64,000 nt of DNA from a virus. Taxonomy: Duplodnaviria > Caudoviricetes. A program made the translations under genes and the position numbers. The first letter of the stretch is position 1, and each line of letters opens with the position of its first letter. The DNA is taken from positions 32,001 through 96,000 of the IMG/VR virus record IMGVR_UViG_3300028888_000063; one strand, 5' to 3'. The notes under the pieces were generated by a model that was given only the letters and a program-made list of their open reading frames with translations, had not been told where the DNA came from and did not search any database. This document shows, piece after piece, positions 39,101 to 47,471 of the stretch.

Positions 39101-40069
39101 TTGTACTAACCATTTTTGTTCATATTCTTTAACTTCAACAGATGGAATTACTTGATGGTGTGCAAGATTATATACTTCAATTTTATCATATATCTCCATA
39201 CTATTTTTGCACATCTGTTCATACTCAGATGCAATAGATGGACGTAAATTATTTAAGATATCTTCTTCAGGCTGAAGATATGCATATTCATAGAATGAAT
39301 CAACTTCACGATCGCCGCCCTTAGAATTTAAATATGCTTTATGTACATATCTATCTTCTCTTTTGAGATAATGAGCATCCGTACCTATTACCATTTTAAT
39401 CCCATATGCGGCGGCTATATCTTTAAGTTTTAAGTTAACTCGAATTTGTTCTTTACTAGCGCCTGGAGCACACTCAATATAAAAATCATCTCCAAACAAA
39501 TTTTTCATAAAAGTTATAAACTTTTCTATCTGAAGATAAGCGGAGATTGCTCCATTTTCATCCCCAACTTGCCGTGCAACTACCATATTATTAACTGCGC
39601 TAGATAGTTCTCCACCTAAACAAGCGCTAGTACAAATGAGATGCCCAGGTTGCGCCCGCACTACTTCTTCTAATTCACTTTTGAGAGTAGGCACTCTTTC
39701 CATACCTCTATCATGATAACTTTGCATCCATGCTCTTGAACTTAATTTACAAAGTTGTTTAAAACCATCATGATCTTTTGCAATTAAAATACAATGGTAA
39801 TAAGGCTGATTTGTATCTCTTGTATCAGTTAAATAAATTTCATTACCTAATCCAATTTTAAATTCTGGATTTTCTTTTTGAATTTCAAATTGAATTTTAT
39901 TAAATATTACAGCTCCAGAGATACATTCATGGTCTGTAATAGATATACCTTTTAATCTAAGTTCTACTGCTCGATTAATAAGATCTTTAGGCTTATTAAT
40001 ACAATCGAGTAGTCTTATATTGCTGAAATGGCTATGACTATGTACTTCAAATCTATCTAGCACTTTCAT
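36095..40069 (-). CDS. dnaE: DNA polymerase III alpha subunit (family C)
   Basis: PHP domain (HSHS, ITDHE, TDAHY), GRGS, DIDLD, SHASG, KYDFL, GYSFSIIHA; uninterrupted. Confidence 0.95.
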   Translation of the reverse strand: MKVLDRFEVHSHSHFSNIRLLDCINKPKDLINRAVELRLKGISITDHECISGAVIFNKIQFEIQKENPEFKIGLGNEIYLTDTRDTNQPYYHCILIAKDHDGFKQLCKLSSRAWMQSYHDRGMERVPTLKSELEEVVRAQPGHLICTSACLGGELSSAVNNMVVARQVGDENGAISAYLQIEKFITFMKNLFGDDFYIECAPGASKEQIRVNLKLKDIAAAYGIKMVIGTDAHYLKREDRYVHKAYLNSKGGDREVDSFYEYAYLQPEEDILNNLRPSIASEYEQMCKNSMEIYDKIEVYNLAHHQVIPSVEVKEYEQKWLVQGKANNSFTEKYPVLTSMYESQDNYERYWVNECINKLQELNLENDTYLARLEEEADIKRTISEKLETNMFKYPITLQHYIDMMWECGSLVGAGRGSSCSGLNHYLLGITQLDPIQWNLPFWRYLNKDRVELGDIDLDLCPSKKPTIIRKIKEERGMHFNQDVDELSRKNLGCVLVATFGTETTKSTILTACRGYRSETYPDGIDSDTAQYLSSLIPSERGFLWPLKDVIQGNPDKGRRKVDLFINEIAEYPGLLEIMSGIENLINKRSSHASGIVMNDEDPYEFGSYMRTPKGEIITAFDLHDAEYLGFVKYDFLVTEVEDKLAQAIKFLQEFNQIENNLTLREVYNKYFHPNVLPLDRKDVWENIQKGSILNVFQFDSDVGAQAAKKIKPQNILELADANGLMRLMTSEQGQETPMEKYIRFKNNIKLWYNEMAAAGLTDHEVQIVEKYFKQSYGVPPSQEQMMMMLMDPDICGFSLKDANSARKIVGKKQMEKIPALKEQVLTQAKSPALGKYIWFQGIGPQMGYSFSIIHALAYSFIGYQTAYIATNWDPIYWNTACLIVNSGSLEEDENEYLEDDDGDIIGVQKKETSTDYAKLAKAIGEIINSGIKVSLVDINKSAYGFEPDPDNHQILFGMKALNGVGAPIIDKILNNRPYNNFKDFLRKCPLTKTAMISLIKAGAFDSINSAVAAELKIHPRILTMIQYLIIASEPKTKLNLQNVNGLIERGLFPPELDFEKKIFKFNKFCKKDKVEEYYRISEIMYEFLEREASDLLDIIQISHGQFFIKQTVWDKIYKQKMDTVRAWLQTHQQEVLDEYNKQLFLDLWDKYAKGSISAWEMEALCFYYNPHELQGINTHKYGIVDFKNLNSNPEVDYFFKRNGQQIPIYKLTRIAGTVISKNDTRHSISLLTTTGVVNVKFSKDFYAMYGRQISEVQTDGTKKIKEKGWFTRGTKLMITGFRRDDTFNAKRYANTPGHTLYKITDVIGQNIEITSQRYGQEDE

Positions 40070-40097
40070 ACCTCACTTCGATATTTTTTCTATATAT

Positions 40098-40146
40098 ATT
40101 ATATCATAAAATAAAAAAATTGTCAAGATAATGTATCTTGACAATT
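40098..40146 (-). promoter_or_regulatory. sigmaA promoter for dnaE whose -35 lies in a 12-bp inverted repeat
   Basis: TTGACA (40126-40121)-17 bp-TATAAT (40103-40098). Confidence 0.8.
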
Positions 40147-40339
40147 ACTGTTTTCTTATTCCACAATTAGGACAATAATTATATCGTTTAGTTATTTCTT
40201 GTTCAAAACTCCATGATCCATCTTTATTTCTTTTACTGGTTGATGCACAGTATTCAAAACCGCAAGAGCAACGTGCATATAAAGCAATATCATGAGGATA
40301 TTTGATGATAATCCAAGGTTGTATTTTTCTTGGTTTCAT
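40145..40339 (-). CDS. Small zinc-ribbon protein
   Basis: RCSCG...YCPNCG. Confidence 0.6.
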   Translation of the reverse strand: MKPRKIQPWIIIKYPHDIALYARCSCGFEYCASTSKRNKDGSWSFEQEITKRYNYCPNCGIRKQ

Positions 40340-40623
40340 TCTGGAATAAATTCTTTATTAGTAATTTTTACTTTAAAATCTTCTTCTATAATATCATTAC
40401 GAAAATAATAGATTTCTCCATAATGATTCTCAATGTTGTTACGGAATGTCCAATAAGCATCTTCACCAATAAAGAATTCAGCGTCAATTAAATGATAAGG
40501 GCGTTCTTCCATATAAGTACGATTAGGGCAAATAATCATACATTCTTTTTCATACTCTAATTTAGTGTTTAAATATTCTTCTTCTGAAATTTGCTGTTTA
40601 AAAATCATTTGCATTATATTCAA
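40336..40623 (-). CDS. Hypothetical protein
   Basis: 95 aa, TTG start, coupled to neighbours. Confidence 0.5.
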   Translation of the reverse strand: MNIMQMIFKQQISEEEYLNTKLEYEKECMIICPNRTYMEERPYHLIDAEFFIGEDAYWTFRNNIENHYGEIYYFRNDIIEEDFKVKITNKEFIPE

Positions 40624-41420
40624 AATCTCCTATTTTCATAATATTCATTTTCGTTTTCTGGAGTTAAAAGAAAACGTGTTGTTGTTAATTTAAGATCGTT
40701 AAATGTATATTTTGTGTCATAGGGGATGCGGATTAAAGGAATATGGTGTTCAAAACAATACTTATTTTTTAAAAGATCATTTTCTCTTGTTATAGCAAAT
40801 TGTTTTTCGTTATTCCAAGAATTTTCACTTGACCATTTAAAATGTTGGCTTCCATCATATTCTATTAAATAGAGTAAAGTATCTTTATTAAAAATTGCAA
40901 AATCGAACATTAATTGGTCACAAGAACGTCCAGTAGAAGTTAAATCTGAAAATTTATATTGTTCTTTAAATTGAAAATTGGCTCGTTGTAACATATCAGC
41001 AATTAATGATTCATTTTTACTTAAAACACAACCACAACTAATAGTATCTCCATTGCGTAAATAATCTCCAAAAACAATAACGTTTTTACGTCCACATTTA
41101 GTACAAGTACAATTCCAAAAAATTCCTTCTTTATCATGACGAGGTTTTTCTTCTTCTGTAGCCATTCGTTCAACATAAAGATATCCATATGTTTTACCTT
41201 CTTCATGCTTAATGGAAGCTTGACGCATTTTTTCCATTCTGATACATCCACAGTTAGTTGACCGTCCAGCTCGGAGATGTGCTCCATCAACATCTTTTTC
41301 TTTTCCACATGCTGTGCAAATACATCTCCAACGAGTTCGCTGCCCTGGCTTAGATGGTGCTCTTTCTATCACATGCCAATATCCAAAATCTTGGCCTGTT
41401 AAATCTATTAATTTACTCAT
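40620..41420 (-). CDS. Putative free-standing homing endonuclease (Cys-repeat N-terminus plus Vsr/PD-(D/E)xK-like domain)
   Basis: Two DLTG..FG...CxCxxCG...SCGC repeats; FDFAI...IEYDGSQH...IPLIRIPY. Confidence 0.7.
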   Translation of the reverse strand: MSKLIDLTGQDFGYWHVIERAPSKPGQRTRWRCICTACGKEKDVDGAHLRAGRSTNCGCIRMEKMRQASIKHEEGKTYGYLYVERMATEEEKPRHDKEGIFWNCTCTKCGRKNVIVFGDYLRNGDTISCGCVLSKNESLIADMLQRANFQFKEQYKFSDLTSTGRSCDQLMFDFAIFNKDTLLYLIEYDGSQHFKWSSENSWNNEKQFAITRENDLLKNKYCFEHHIPLIRIPYDTKYTFNDLKLTTTRFLLTPENENEYYENRRF

Positions 41421-41505
41421 ATAAAATTTATCCTTTCTATTTCTTTTCATAAAAATATAAACTTTATGAGTAATAAATTATCTCTTTATGACCAGTGTAA
41501 CTATT

Positions 41506-42690
41506 TTAATGTTGAATAATTACTAATTTTTCTGAAGCTCTTGTAGCACAAGTGTACAAAAATCGAGCGTGAGTTTCTTTGTCCCAAGGGAAACCCTCTT
41601 CTACAACTAAAACTTTATCCCATTCTGAGCCTTGTGCTTTCCAACCCGTAATAGCATAGCCATATTCAAATTCACGCGGTATAATATCTCCAATACGAGT
41701 TTTAGCTTTTCCGATTTTATAAGCATCGCGCCAATCACAACACTTAGTACCTTCAGTTAAAAAATTATAATCAATATCTATACATGGATATTCATTATTA
41801 TCATCAGTAATAATATCTGCCTGTAAAATATCAAATTTCTTAACAGTAGTACATAACCAATAAGGAATATTTATAAAAGTTTTAAATGAATTTTTTAAAT
41901 AACCAATAGAACCGTTAATTAAAGGATCTCCCGCCATATTAAAATCTTCCCAGTAATTTCTAGAACAAATTACTTTATCCCCATCGCGCGGCGGCCCCTC
42001 GCGCCCAGCCATTTTTCTCATACGATCATTAAGGCTATGTCGTGTATTATTTTTAGCACAAAGAACTTGATCGGCCCAAGTTAATACGCTATTTTCACTT
42101 AAATAAATATTAGGTACAACCTTTATTTCTTTACCTTCCTGAATTTGTAAAGGTTGCATATCTCTAATACTCATTGTAAGTCTAATAATTTCAGATTCTT
42201 GCGCCTGCCGCATTATTTCATCAAGAAAGATATGAGGATGATCAAGGAGATGATTATCTTCATCTTTGTCTATTGGCGGAAGCTGAAATGGATCACCTAA
42301 ACAAACTACATATACACGATGCTTAAATAATAGATCGATGAGCTTCTTTGGTGCCATTGATACTTCATCAACAATAACTATGGTGTACGGGATACTAGAT
42401 TTAGGTCTATTGATAAAGCCTCCACCTGGGCGAGGGAAACTTTCATAAAGCAATCTATGTAACGTACTTACATTTGAGTTACCTTTTTTTCTTAAAACTT
42501 CTGCTGCTTTTCCAGTAAAAGTTGCAAAACAAACTTGCTCAGGAGCAACGTCTAAAGCTTCAATAATAAATTTAACAAGTGTTGTTTTTCCACTTCCTGC
42601 ATAACCACTAATGGTTGTATATTTACAATTTTGTTTATATCTTTCAACAGCAATCTTTAATCCTTGTTCTTGTTTATTTGTTAGAATCAT
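41506..42690 (-). CDS. SF1B helicase (RecD/Dda-like)
   Basis: GYAGSGKTT, VDEVSM, GDPFQLPP, RQA, YAITGWKAQGSEW, YTCATRA. Confidence 0.9.
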   Translation of the reverse strand: MILTNKQEQGLKIAVERYKQNCKYTTISGYAGSGKTTLVKFIIEALDVAPEQVCFATFTGKAAEVLRKKGNSNVSTLHRLLYESFPRPGGGFINRPKSSIPYTIVIVDEVSMAPKKLIDLLFKHRVYVVCLGDPFQLPPIDKDEDNHLLDHPHIFLDEIMRQAQESEIIRLTMSIRDMQPLQIQEGKEIKVVPNIYLSENSVLTWADQVLCAKNNTRHSLNDRMRKMAGREGPPRDGDKVICSRNYWEDFNMAGDPLINGSIGYLKNSFKTFINIPYWLCTTVKKFDILQADIITDDNNEYPCIDIDYNFLTEGTKCCDWRDAYKIGKAKTRIGDIIPREFEYGYAITGWKAQGSEWDKVLVVEEGFPWDKETHARFLYTCATRASEKLVIIQH

Positions 42691-42694
42691 TTTT

Positions 42695-43474
42695 TTATTC
42701 TATTAACTCCCAATGATAACCAAAAGCGGTTTTTTTCTGTCCATGAAGAACTGAACTAATATTAGTTGCAGTTCTTTTTCTTCCCATTGCTTCACATGCA
42801 TCTGCTATACAATTATAAATGATTTGAGTTTCAACACAACGAACTTTTTTACCATGAGATTTAATATGTCCTTCGCTGGCTTTTTTATGTTCTAACGGGT
42901 CAGCCCATCTACGTTGTTGCCCTTCTCTACTTTTCTTATGTTCTAAAGGATTTTCATATCTTTTAATATTATTAATTCGTTGTGTTTCACGACGTTCTGG
43001 ATTTTCTGCATATGATTTTAATTGACTTTGTTTAAGTCGTTCTTTATATTCTGGATCGTTCCATCTTTCTTTAGTTTTTTCTGATAATTTTTGTCGTGTT
43101 TCTATGGAAATATCATGTGTTTTATAATAGTTTTTCATAATTTCACTTTGTTGTTCTCTCATTTCTGGAGTCCATTTTACATTACCATCACCACCCCAGG
43201 TAGAGTTCCATCCATTAATATAACTATCATAAAATTCAATCCAATATATTTCTTGACTATTTAATTCCTCATTAGGATATTCGCCCAAAATATCATAATG
43301 AAAATGTTCTGGCCCATATTTTCTAATAGCATTATGTAATTTAAAATTTCTATGACCAGATATGGCATCTTGAATATGTTCTTGAAAACGTTCTTTTACT
43401 GTTCTTTCAGTTTTACCAACATAAACATTAGAAATGTTTTCTAAATCACAATAAATTTTATAAATATACCCCAT
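42695..43474 (-). CDS. GIY-YIG homing endonuclease with NUMOD-like C-terminus
   Basis: GYIYKI...VYVGKT...RFQEH...E...GWNSTWGG; basic helical repeats; TAFGYHWE end. Confidence 0.85.
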   Translation of the reverse strand: MGYIYKIYCDLENISNVYVGKTERTVKERFQEHIQDAISGHRNFKLHNAIRKYGPEHFHYDILGEYPNEELNSQEIYWIEFYDSYINGWNSTWGGDGNVKWTPEMREQQSEIMKNYYKTHDISIETRQKLSEKTKERWNDPEYKERLKQSQLKSYAENPERRETQRINNIKRYENPLEHKKSREGQQRRWADPLEHKKASEGHIKSHGKKVRCVETQIIYNCIADACEAMGRKRTATNISSVLHGQKKTAFGYHWELIE

Positions 43475-43584
43475 AATAAAACCTCCTATAATTACAGTAT
43501 ATTTTTCTCTGTCATCAAGTAAAGAAAAATAAAACTATGAGATTTTATATTTTTGACCTAATAATTTATTTTTGTTATGTGTAT

Positions 43585-43613
43585 ATAATACCATATTTTT
43601 TATTATTTGTCAA
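43585..43613 (-). promoter_or_regulatory. sigmaA-type promoter
   Basis: TTGACA-17 bp-TATTAT with TG. Confidence 0.65.
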
Positions 43614-43695
43614 TTTTGGTTGGAAAAAATCCTAGGCCATTTTTTTGATTGGATTGGCGGATGTGCGCGGGCCACAGCTTTTTTCAACACAATAA

Positions 43696-45507
43696 TTAGA
43701 AGAAATAAGCACTACTATCTATAACTTCAAAATCTTCCATAAAGATCTGAGGTGTGATTGACCCCATCCATTCATTTTTATTGCATTTACCAACTAAATT
43801 TATTTCAATATATCCAGTATTATTTGTAGAAAATCTATTACAATCTTCTTCAGACGCTCTGAATTTCATTATGGCAATATCATTATGTAATGTAATTTTT
43901 AAAGTCAAATCTTTTTTACTATAAATTGTAACCATATCAGGAGTAATACGTAGTTTTTGAATTGCTATTAAAGGCTCATCTAAATCTTTTCCCCATAATG
44001 ATTCTAAATCTGCAATATCCAAAATTGCTTGAGGCTGTACTTCATTTTCAGTCCAGAGATAATCTACCTGATAGACTGGTTCAGTAGGCATATCTGCTAA
44101 AATTTTATCTGTATGTTGGATAAATTCTGGAATTTTGTCTAATTCAATACCTAAACCGAAGGCTCCTTGGTGTCCAGTCGCATACATAATACAATTACTA
44201 GCTTCACAAATGTCTTTAAACTGAGTCACGCCAACTTTATCGCACCCGCGCGCACTGCCTTGATAACTAACTTGAGTTATAGGAGACTCTTCCCAAGGCG
44301 GAGTATCTTCATTAGTTTCTATTACTTTTGTAAGAATACAACAGGGGCGTTGATATTTAGCCATAATTTTATTAGCACATAAACCAGCAATATTCTTATC
44401 AATTTGGCCAGGCTCTAATAAAAATAAAATTACCTTATGATCTAATAAATTCTGTGTTGCAATCATATTTTCAAGTAAATCCATACTATTATCTTGTGCT
44501 TTTGTCTGACGAGCCTTAACATTTGTCGCTACTCGAATTGCTTGTTCGACTATTGTTTCTTTTGCGCCTGCCGCATGCCCACGTTTTGTAGAATCTATAT
44601 AATTAAAGGCAAAACAAGATAACATAGATTTAAAAATTAAATCTTTTTCTTCTGACGTTCCGCTTCGCACAATAGCATTAACAAAAGGAGCCACATAAAA
44701 AGCTACTCCAATTGGAGTTACTTTATCTCCTATTGAATATCTATTTTTTTCAATCATATAGGTAATAAAAGGATTGTGTAAATGACTATCAGTTAATCCT
44801 AATTGAATAAGATGTTTAGTTTCAAATGATAGCATGCTCATCATATCTGCGCAATTCCCAAGAGCAACCAGATCTAAATAATCATCTGCTTTATCAACAC
44901 CTAATAAAGAGTCTAAATAACGACAAAATTGCCATGTAACGCCGACTCCAGATAATTCTTTATTTGGATAATTAGAAGTTTGATTATTAATAACAAAAGC
45001 GTATGGATTTTGAATATCACAAATATGGTGATCTAAAATAATAACTTTACATTGCTCATTCCATAAAGTTTGACATTCATTTATATCATTAGAACCTGCA
45101 TCTGGAATAATAATTAATTTTTGTTGATCATTTAAAGAATTAACAATATCTTGAATATGGTCATTTAATCCATGTTGTTTTCCACTATGAATTTTATATG
45201 CGAGATGCGCGGCAACCCAGTCCGGAAACAATTGAAATAGATAGTTGTATATTAATGCGGCAGATGTAAAACCATCACAATCTGAATCTACGATCAATAT
45301 CGCATCATGTGCCAGATTAATTGTAGAAATAAGAGCGGTTGCCGCATTTTTTAAGACATCAAAACCAAAATCTTCATATGAATTTATATCAGCTTGAGTT
45401 GTATGTAAATAGTGTTGGATATCTTCTCTTGCTATTCCTCTGTTAGTTAAAATTTGTTCAACTGTTGTGTAGTTTGTATTAATTGAATTAATTAAACTAA
45501 ATTTCAT
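43696..45507 (-). CDS. recJ: RecJ-like ssDNA exonuclease (DHH)
   Basis: DSDCDG, PDAG, LDHH, LSGVGV, ADMM, GSARG, GHQGAFG. Confidence 0.92.
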   Translation of the reverse strand: MKFSLINSINTNYTTVEQILTNRGIAREDIQHYLHTTQADINSYEDFGFDVLKNAATALISTINLAHDAILIVDSDCDGFTSAALIYNYLFQLFPDWVAAHLAYKIHSGKQHGLNDHIQDIVNSLNDQQKLIIIPDAGSNDINECQTLWNEQCKVIILDHHICDIQNPYAFVINNQTSNYPNKELSGVGVTWQFCRYLDSLLGVDKADDYLDLVALGNCADMMSMLSFETKHLIQLGLTDSHLHNPFITYMIEKNRYSIGDKVTPIGVAFYVAPFVNAIVRSGTSEEKDLIFKSMLSCFAFNYIDSTKRGHAAGAKETIVEQAIRVATNVKARQTKAQDNSMDLLENMIATQNLLDHKVILFLLEPGQIDKNIAGLCANKIMAKYQRPCCILTKVIETNEDTPPWEESPITQVSYQGSARGCDKVGVTQFKDICEASNCIMYATGHQGAFGLGIELDKIPEFIQHTDKILADMPTEPVYQVDYLWTENEVQPQAILDIADLESLWGKDLDEPLIAIQKLRITPDMVTIYSKKDLTLKITLHNDIAIMKFRASEEDCNRFSTNNTGYIEINLVGKCNKNEWMGSITPQIFMEDFEVIDSSAYFF

Positions 45508-45537
45508 ACGATCATTCTTTCTAATATTATTTTAATA

Positions 45538-45581
45538 ATTATAACATAAAAAAAATAACTTGTCAAGAATTCAACAAGTTA
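45538..45581 (-). promoter_or_regulatory. sigmaA promoter for recJ, -35 inside a hairpin
   Basis: TTGACA (45566-45561)-17 bp-TATAAT. Confidence 0.75.
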
Positions 45582-46313
45582 TATAATAAAATTACTAGTT
45601 TCTAATTTTAAATCATTTATAGATAAATCTTTTAAATGAGTATAAGGAATTCGTATTAAAGGAATATTATGTACTTTGCACCAATTATTTTTATATTCGT
45701 CATGCGCCTGTACTTTTAGATAATTTTCTTTACTGTTCCAAGTATTTATATTTGTACCATAATAAAAATGCTGTTCTCCATCATACTCAATTAGATAATT
45801 ATTATTGACATAAAAATCAAATTTAGCTAAATAATTGCTTTCGGGGAATTTACAATCGGGGAAAGAATATTGCTTAACATATTGAATATTGTTTTCTTTT
45901 AATAATAATTCAATATAATATTCTCCTTTTGATTTTAAGCATCCACAAGATGTTTTTCTTCCTTCTTGTAAAGTATGAGTATCAGCTTCAATAATATTTC
46001 CACAATCGCATTTACATTTCCAAATTACTCGTCCATCATTACTACGCTTATCTGTAGACTCTAAAGCAACTAATTTTCCAAAACGTTTATTTGTTAAGTC
46101 AACTGTTTGTCTTTTTTTATTCTCTTTAATTAATACTGATTTTTTATAACATCCACAACTTTTGGTATTTCCTGATTTTAAATTCCAATTCCGAACTTCT
46201 CGAATTGCTCCACATTTACATTGACATTTCCAGAAATTATCCTTCCCTTTCTTAATTGGACCATCTAATACTGTTAAATAACCAAAAGTTTGTCCTATTA
46301 AATTTTCTATCAT
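45579..46313 (-). CDS. Putative free-standing homing endonuclease, paralog of 40620-41420
   Basis: Same Cys repeats and FDFYV...IEYDGEQH...IPLIRIPY; SD GAAAGGAG before ATG 46313. Confidence 0.7.
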   Translation of the reverse strand: MIENLIGQTFGYLTVLDGPIKKGKDNFWKCQCKCGAIREVRNWNLKSGNTKSCGCYKKSVLIKENKKRQTVDLTNKRFGKLVALESTDKRSNDGRVIWKCKCDCGNIIEADTHTLQEGRKTSCGCLKSKGEYYIELLLKENNIQYVKQYSFPDCKFPESNYLAKFDFYVNNNYLIEYDGEQHFYYGTNINTWNSKENYLKVQAHDEYKNNWCKVHNIPLIRIPYTHLKDLSINDLKLETSNFII

Positions 46314-46388
46314 AAAATCACTCCTTTCAATAAGGAATAAAATTCTTATATAGAAAATATACTGTTTTTGCCCAATCAATTGGCAGAA

Positions 46389-47471
46389 TTAAAGAAAAAT
46401 TCTTTTATTATATAGTTCTAAAAAAATATCTTTACCTTGGTCAACGGGGCTTGCCTTATATTTTAAAGTATATCCTTTATCAAAAATATATGAAAGCTGT
46501 ATATATTTGCCATATTTGTCATGTAAATTATACATTTTTTTAGCCCATTCTCTATGTTCTTCGCTTGTAAGTTGTTGATATTGTCGGTCTAAGGCAATGA
46601 TCATTTCTTCTATGCCAAGAGATAATAAAAGCTGAACTTGATATGAACTAAGATTACTGCCACAACAAGCTACACTGATATCATTTTCTGGTTTAAAATA
46701 AGTTGCAAATTTAAGACAGCTTTTTTCTGATTCAAACACTATAGCTTTTTTTATTACACGAACTGCGGCTGCGCAATTATTTATATTATAAAGATTTAAA
46801 CCAAGCGGATGGTTATACATCTTTTTATTAATAACCGCAGGTTTGTATTTTCCTGTTGTTTCATATTCTTTAATTAAAGTTCGTTCTCTAATTCCAATTA
46901 AATGATTATTAATATCATAATGAGGAATCACAATACCATCTGAAATAGGATCATAACAAATACCGCGTTGATCACATATTGCTTTACTAATTCCCTCTTG
47001 TTCCCAAGGAATTATATGCGGGCGAGGAAAATGAGATAAGATTTTTTCATCAAAAATTGGCAACCCGTTTGAATTTTGCTGCTCGAAAATTAATTCCTCT
47101 TTTGATCGTTTATTAAAATATTCCCAATCTTGAAGAGTGGACTGTTTGTTTGAAAAATCTTCGTCAAAATTTATTGAGAAGAAATTTGCGACAAAATTCA
47201 TTGCATTATATAATGACCACTCTTCTCCACTTTGTTGTTTTACTTTGATAATTAATTCAAAGATATCAAATGTATCACTACAATTAGTATAGCAACGAAA
47301 AAGATGCGTATTAGAATAATAGTATAATTTATGGCTATCTCCGCCATGGCATATAGTTTTAGATATTAAAGTATCTTTATATCTACGAGGTTCACCACCG
47401 AGTTCTACTAATATATCTTCAATTTGAGTAACTGTTAAAGAATTTTTTAATTCATCTTTATCAAATTTCAG
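46389..47471 (-). CDS. dnaG: DNA primase (Zn-binding plus TOPRIM), 360 aa, probable CTG start
   Basis: Frame extends 90 codons above the called ATG and includes CHGGDSHKLYYY...FRCYTNC; TOPRIM FESEKS and ALD motifs. Confidence 0.85.
   Translation of the reverse strand: MKFDKDELKNSLTVTQIEDILVELGGEPRRYKDTLISKTICHGGDSHKLYYYSNTHLFRCYTNCSDTFDIFELIIKVKQQSGEEWSLYNAMNFVANFFSINFDEDFSNKQSTLQDWEYFNKRSKEELIFEQQNSNGLPIFDEKILSHFPRPHIIPWEQEGISKAICDQRGICYDPISDGIVIPHYDINNHLIGIRERTLIKEYETTGKYKPAVINKKMYNHPLGLNLYNINNCAAAVRVIKKAIVFESEKSCLKFATYFKPENDISVACCGSNLSSYQVQLLLSLGIEEMIIALDRQYQQLTSEEHREWAKKMYNLHDKYGKYIQLSYIFDKGYTLKYKASPVDQGKDIFLELYNKRIFL

Noticed and set aside
33285-40069. Introns or inteins in nrdD and dnaE
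   Set aside because: Both are continuous, of normal length, and lack splice motifs.
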